Positions 24,220 to 28,906 of a stretch of DNA of 28,906 nucleotides are shown here, one piece after another (position 1 is the stretch's first letter; each line of letters opens with the position of its first letter). The DNA comes from Escherichia phage CBA6. Both the position numbers and the translations under genes were made by a program. Where the stretch lies: sequence record KM389305.1, one strand, 5' to 3'. The notes under the pieces were generated by a model, which saw nothing but the letters and a program-made list of their open reading frames with translations, made no database searches and was not told where the DNA came from.

Positions 24220-25650
24220 TTAACCGAAATTCCAACTATTGACGGTCTCGGCTTTTTTAACATCATTTGAGTCCCCCGTTTTATTCAAGTCATGCTTGAT
24301 ATGCACGTTTTCAACATAACGGGCTTCTTCATCAGTCAGGTCTCGTTTGACTTCATTCCAGTCCAAGTCGAACAATATCTGTTTATCTTGGTCCATACCG
24401 AACAAGAAAGATTTGAGTTTCTGCTTGTTGGCATAACGATTTTTCAAGATTGATGCTCTGGCTTTCTTAACAGCCGCCAGTTCGTCTGGGGCATAAAACG
24501 CCATGATAAAGTCAGCGACCTTCGGGATACCGATAGCGTCTGCCAAGTCACTGATATCACCATCAGTTGCTGATTGCTTTTCACGGTTAAACTGCATACC
24601 TGTCCAAACAGGGCAATCAAACTCAAACCCAAGAGCACGGAATTCCCGCGCCACGGATGTATAATACACGTTGGTGTTTTGCATCAAGTGAGCGGGAAGG
24701 CGAGAAGACGCAGATTCCCCCAGGTAGTCAATGATGATAACATCAGGCGTAATTCCTGTTGCAGTCGCATAATCAAGAATATCGCGACGATACAAACCTG
24801 TATGCCCCGCGCCCGAAGGATATTCCTTGATAACAATATCACCCTTCATGGAACCGTCTTGACGGGTTCTCAGTTTTTGTATGGTGGCAATATACTCGTG
24901 CCGTGAGAGCTTCTCTAAGGACTCGAAGTCCCTGCGCATCATACGGGCATCAAGGCGGTGTCGCCAGACGTTCTCGGCCACTTCGAGGGTGAATACGAAC
25001 ACATTCAACCCCTGCTCAGCATAACCAGCAGCCAAATCAATCAGAGTTGTTGTCTTACCTGCGTTGATTGCGCCTGTAACGATGTTCAATGTCTTCTTGC
25101 CAACACCACCACGAGTTGCTTTGTTGAATATCTCTACGGCGAAAGGGATCTTCGCTTCATTAGAGTTCATGTGGTCGTATTGTTGCTCAGCCATTTCCCA
25201 ATAGATGTGACCGAGATATGAATCAAACTGAATCGCCAGGGCTTCTTGCAGCAAAGTAGGGATGTTGTTCATCTCATCTTTGCGTTTCTCATCGCCGTAT
25301 ATGTTAACGGCTTGTCTAATTGCGTTATGAACAGCTTTCTGGCGCGCCCAACTTTCTGTTTCTTTTACTAACCAGTCCTGATGAAAAGTATTGTCATTAA
25401 TATTTTCAAGAGCAGAAATGGCCTGATCAAATACGTGTTCGTTGAGCGAAGTCTTTTCCAGCATAATAGACAGCGCTTCAACCGAAGGACGAGCATTATA
25501 TTCGCAAGTGTAATGGTCTATAAGACCAAATATAATCTTCTCGCCTTCGTTATCGAAATAATCGGCTTTCAAATACGGCTGGATCTTTCTTTGATATTCT
25601 TCATTGTAGATTAATTGGGAAAGCACGACAGATTCGAGTAACATTGGCAA
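24220..25650 (-). CDS. gp41: replicative DNA helicase, DnaB-like
   Basis: 476 aa; Walker A VTGAINAGKTT; size and context match T4 gp41. Confidence 0.85.
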   Translation of the reverse strand: MPMLLESVVLSQLIYNEEYQRKIQPYLKADYFDNEGEKIIFGLIDHYTCEYNARPSVEALSIMLEKTSLNEHVFDQAISALENINDNTFHQDWLVKETESWARQKAVHNAIRQAVNIYGDEKRKDEMNNIPTLLQEALAIQFDSYLGHIYWEMAEQQYDHMNSNEAKIPFAVEIFNKATRGGVGKKTLNIVTGAINAGKTTTLIDLAAGYAEQGLNVFVFTLEVAENVWRHRLDARMMRRDFESLEKLSRHEYIATIQKLRTRQDGSMKGDIVIKEYPSGAGHTGLYRRDILDYATATGITPDVIIIDYLGESASSRLPAHLMQNTNVYYTSVAREFRALGFEFDCPVWTGMQFNREKQSATDGDISDLADAIGIPKVADFIMAFYAPDELAAVKKARASILKNRYANKQKLKSFLFGMDQDKQILFDLDWNEVKRDLTDEEARYVENVHIKHDLNKTGDSNDVKKAETVNSWNFG

Positions 25651-25980
25651 CTACCCCACCAAAATTTTGTTGTAATCCTGAGCATTTTGCTGTATCAGAT
25701 CAACTAAGATATCCCCAGACACCACAGTGAACAAGTCATTTTCTTTCAAATTAACAAATAACAAACGCCATGGTTTCTTCAATATATCCGTCGTAAAGGA
25801 TAACCGAGGTTCTCCATTGTCTACATGGACACCCACTTTTCCTACACGAAATTGAACACCGCGGAACTTGCCTTCCGTTATTTCGATAATAGCTAACTGA
25901 TCAGAACCAGGGTCGATGATTTTGTAATTAACGGGGGAGTCTCCTCCCCCTGCAATATTACTCGGTTGTTTTGATGACAT
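25651..25980 (-). CDS. hypothetical protein at the position of T4 gene 40
   Basis: 109-aa ORF between the UvsX and helicase genes; no motif recognised; call by synteny only. Confidence 0.4.
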   Translation of the reverse strand: MSSKQPSNIAGGGDSPVNYKIIDPGSDQLAIIEITEGKFRGVQFRVGKVGVHVDNGEPRLSFTTDILKKPWRLLFVNLKENDLFTVVSGDILVDLIQQNAQDYNKILVG

Positions 25981-27043
25981 GATCGAGACGCTCCAGCATA
26001 TCTGCAGGCATAACCGAACTCTGAGAGATACCGAACATATTGTTTACATCGTCAACAAAATCTGGGTTTTCCAGCAGTGGATACCAGAAGTCATCCCCCA
26101 GCTCTGACTTGCGATATTTCTTCTCTTTCTCTGGATCAAACCCGCCTTTGGCTGTACGCTGATACCAGGAACCGCTCACCAGATCAACATATCCCAGCAT
26201 GCGTGCAATTTCCAACATGCCAGACCAACGGTCAATACCGCCTTCATACAATACCGTCACAGGGAACTTGGCTTTTTCACGAACAAAGCGGCCTTTCATG
26301 ATGTTAACAGTGAATTGCCAACCCAGAAGATCTTTGTCTTCCTTAACTTGGGAACGGGTGATGAACCACAATTGGTTAGATGATAGGAAACCTTGCTTAC
26401 CGCCTTTGATATTTGGTTCGGCATACTGGTTCCCGATTTCATCATAATAAGAGTTGATCCACACCAAAACGAATTTCTTTTCAGTGACCAACGGAGTGAT
26501 GACACGCCAAAAACTATTGAGAGCACGAGCGCGGGTCATATCTTGTGTATCTTTACCCGCGATGGCGTCATCCACTTCTTTGGTAGACGGCAACTGGCTG
26601 ATTGAGTCAATAAAGACGATGATTTTATCGCCTTTTTGGGCATCATTCAGAAGTTGAGTCAGCTTGATCTTCGTCTTTTCAACGTTTTCGATCGGCAGAT
26701 ATAAAACACGATCCATGTCGATACCCATGGACGTCCAATAGTTTTCATTCGCGCCGCCTTCCGAATCCGCGAAGATACAAATTGCGTCGGGAAACTTGTC
26801 CATGTAAGCCTTGACATCTACCAGACCAAACATGGTTTTGAATGTACGAGAATCACCCACCAACTGCTTAATACCAGATATCAGCCCACCATCAATACGA
26901 CCAGACCAGGCCAAATTCAGGATAGGAATACCCGTGCTACAAATAATATCAGGCTTCAGCGCATCGGTTTTAGACAGCACTTCGGCATTCGGATCCAATT
27001 TCTTTGCTGTCTTGAGCATGCGAGCCATCAATGAATCGGCCAT
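25958..27043 (-). CDS. uvsX: UvsX-like RecA-family recombinase
   Basis: 361 aa; P-loop-like VGDSRTFKT and RecA-core-like composition; uvsX-40-41 order as in T4. Confidence 0.55.
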   Translation of the reverse strand: MADSLMARMLKTAKKLDPNAEVLSKTDALKPDIICSTGIPILNLAWSGRIDGGLISGIKQLVGDSRTFKTMFGLVDVKAYMDKFPDAICIFADSEGGANENYWTSMGIDMDRVLYLPIENVEKTKIKLTQLLNDAQKGDKIIVFIDSISQLPSTKEVDDAIAGKDTQDMTRARALNSFWRVITPLVTEKKFVLVWINSYYDEIGNQYAEPNIKGGKQGFLSSNQLWFITRSQVKEDKDLLGWQFTVNIMKGRFVREKAKFPVTVLYEGGIDRWSGMLEIARMLGYVDLVSGSWYQRTAKGGFDPEKEKKYRKSELGDDFWYPLLENPDFVDDVNNMFGISQSSVMPADMLERLDHVIKTTE

Positions 27044-27558
27044 TTCGTTTCCTCTTGCTTGTTGATCGTGATTAATAAATCGGTGCCCAAGACTTTCTTG
27101 GACAATATGTTAATTGCTTCTTGAATTGCCATTACCGACGGGAGTTTTTCATCACTGATTCCGGAACCCCCGCGTTCTGTTAAATACATATTGCGCAGAC
27201 GATTATGCTGTGCCCTATTGACACATGACAAATTTAACGCAATATTCAAAACATACATTAGTTGTTCGGTTGTAACATCTTTTGGTATAGCATGAACATA
27301 ATATATCGCATCTTCAAAATAGATATGCTGTAATGACTCTGGAATTTCTTCCCCGCCAAAAGCAAAATCTTCAATGCGTTTAAAAAGTGTTTCCGGCTCT
27401 TTGGTTGTAATATGTTGTGTTACAGTAGCCGCACCATCTGGCTCTTTCTTGAAATTGGTCGCAATAACGACATGACCGCCTGGTTTAATAAACTCAGCGA
27501 AGTTCTCTGCCATGCGCGGGGCATGTTCCGCATAATATGATACGACAACTGTAAACAT
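27028..27558 (-). CDS. hypothetical protein
   Basis: 176-aa ORF, start overlapping the upstream stop; no motif recognised. Confidence 0.4.
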   Translation of the reverse strand: MFTVVVSYYAEHAPRMAENFAEFIKPGGHVVIATNFKKEPDGAATVTQHITTKEPETLFKRIEDFAFGGEEIPESLQHIYFEDAIYYVHAIPKDVTTEQLMYVLNIALNLSCVNRAQHNRLRNMYLTERGGSGISDEKLPSVMAIQEAINILSKKVLGTDLLITINKQEETKWPIH

Positions 27559-28115
27559 TAGAACTCCAGGGTCAGAGGGGTTTCTGCGGACTTATCGTAG
27601 TACGCACCGCCAGCAGCACGCAGCCGATTGCGATCATTTTTGCGTTTGTGTGCCAGCATGTAAGTTTCGGCGTCCAGCCCCACGTAAGAGCAAGACGCGC
27701 TCAGGAAATACATCAGGGAACGAACGCAAGGATCGCCCATGAACTGTCCAAAGCGGTAGGTCACCCCGCCGTGGGCAACTATGCCGTTAACGATAGACAT
27801 GGCATAACTATCCTTAGACATTTCCTCTAATTCTTCCTCGATCTCTCCTTTGGTGCGATCGACGAGGATGAAACACAGCATGAAGTGAACCACGTCCACC
27901 AGTTCATAGACCGCCTTCGTGCGGTCGAAGCCGATATCGTTACCATAGACCTTCCAGTCGGCGGTCGTTTCGTCAAGAAACTCTGCCCACTCACGATATA
28001 TGGAGTTGACGACGGCGTTCTGACTCCATACATTCTTCCACTCTTCCCCAAAATAGGCCACGTTGGTGGCCTTTTGGAGTTCGAGCAGACTTTTAATATG
28101 CTCTGCTGTGATCAT
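27558..28115 (-). CDS. all-alpha NTP pyrophosphatase, candidate dCTPase/dUTPase (gp56-like)
   Basis: 185 aa; acidic helical motifs AYFGEEWKNVW, REWAEFLDETTADWK and VYELVDVVHFML; start/stop overlap with the dNMP kinase gene. Confidence 0.45.
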   Translation of the reverse strand: MITAEHIKSLLELQKATNVAYFGEEWKNVWSQNAVVNSIYREWAEFLDETTADWKVYGNDIGFDRTKAVYELVDVVHFMLCFILVDRTKGEIEEELEEMSKDSYAMSIVNGIVAHGGVTYRFGQFMGDPCVRSLMYFLSASCSYVGLDAETYMLAHKRKNDRNRLRAAGGAYYDKSAETPLTLEF

Positions 28116-28681
28116 TTCCGATCCCTATAAAATTTGACGAACGGTTGCCAACCTTCAAACGGATTGACAAATTCATAATCAACTTCCATCTTATCAATGA
28201 AAGCCTCAATGTCATCCTCTATGATACCACCGCGATCCGCCTTTGAAATGCGGGTGATGGGACATTTAGTGCTCAGCGCCCATTCATATTCCTGAGGGGT
28301 ACGCAAATCACTCACGATATAATGAACGTGTGGGTTCTGCTCCACCAAAGGGAGTTGATATCGTTTAAAGAATGACAGGAACAGGTCTGGTTGTACATAA
28401 CGCAAGCCCGTATCGCTGCCCAGATGAAGCCAGATCTGCCGTGGGGTTAAGCCCTTGGGGTTATCAGGGTGTACGAATGGAACGTCCTTCACAGCATCCT
28501 CCACCTCCGCTGGTAGCCATGGGTAGATGAAATTGGCGACACGTCGCAGTTCATCTGAGAAAGACAGACGACGAATATCCTTATCACCCTGAATATGATG
28601 AAACCTGATCAGGGACTCCAAACAGAAGTCCTTGCCGGAGCGCTTGCGCCCCGTGAAGAATTCAAGGTTCTGGTACATCAT
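28112..28681 (-). CDS. gp1: deoxynucleoside monophosphate kinase
   Basis: ORF 28112-28696; start at ATG 28681 is an inference from the ATGA overlap with the upstream stop; P-loop variant FTGRKRSGKDF matches the T4 gp1 signature as recalled. Confidence 0.55.
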   Translation of the reverse strand: MMYQNLEFFTGRKRSGKDFCLESLIRFHHIQGDKDIRRLSFSDELRRVANFIYPWLPAEVEDAVKDVPFVHPDNPKGLTPRQIWLHLGSDTGLRYVQPDLFLSFFKRYQLPLVEQNPHVHYIVSDLRTPQEYEWALSTKCPITRISKADRGGIIEDDIEAFIDKMEVDYEFVNPFEGWQPFVKFYRDRK

Positions 28682-28906
28682 TCGCCATACCCCCACATAA
28701 ATTTCTGATCAACAGGGGAATGTAGTAATGCAGTACGAAGACCGTCATCAGCGATACGGCGTTTGTCAATTTTGGTATCATTGAGTCGACACCACAGGCA
28801 ATATGACATATCCATCATCAATCCCGTGTCTGCTTGATATCCTTTCAGATGTTCTCTGATTTTACCAAAATCACTGCCGATGTCACAGTGATGTAACACG
28901 CCGAGG
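28678..28906 (-). CDS. 3' end of a CDS whose start lies beyond the window (hypothetical protein)
   Basis: Minus-strand frame is open to the window edge; stop at 28678-28680. Confidence 0.4.
   Translation of the reverse strand, partial: LGVLHHCDIGSDFGKIREHLKGYQADTGLMMDMSYCLWCRLNDTKIDKRRIADDGLRTALLHSPVDQKFMWGYGE

Noticed and set aside
1-28906. CRISPR arrays, integrases, transposases or prophage boundaries
   Set aside because: No regular direct-repeat array and no recombinase-like ORF seen; gene content is that of a virulent T4-like phage

Overview
This window reads as a segment of a T4-like lytic myovirus genome; all family assignments below come from reading motifs in the supplied translations, and no database search was possible. 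Plus strand, 1-18.3 kb: a small membrane protein, two nucleotide-related accessory genes, topoisomerase II large subunit (genes 39 and 60 fused) and medium subunit (gp52), an island of small ORFs containing a macro-domain protein, exonuclease DexA, a terminator-bracketed six-gene cassette (8207-10785) containing an orphan QueC-like PP-loop ATPase and a small metallophosphoesterase, dCMP deaminase, then a baseplate-hub and tape-measure block with a secreted SGNH esterase inserted in it. Minus strand, 18.3-28.9 kb: gp59 helicase loader, two small HTH proteins, DNA ligase, a translationally coupled five-gene operon of unknowns (including a 38-aa membrane peptide absent from the ORF track), gp41 helicase, UvsX recombinase, a dCTPase-like NTP pyrophosphatase and dNMP kinase. 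The best candidates for an undescribed system are the 8207-10785 cassette and the 21325-23381 operon, followed by the secreted SGNH esterase and the candidate ADP-ribose-reversal genes (macro domain, NADAR-like). Gene order departs from T4 itself, so this is a more distant T4-like phage. No tRNA, CRISPR array, intron or homing endonuclease was detected.
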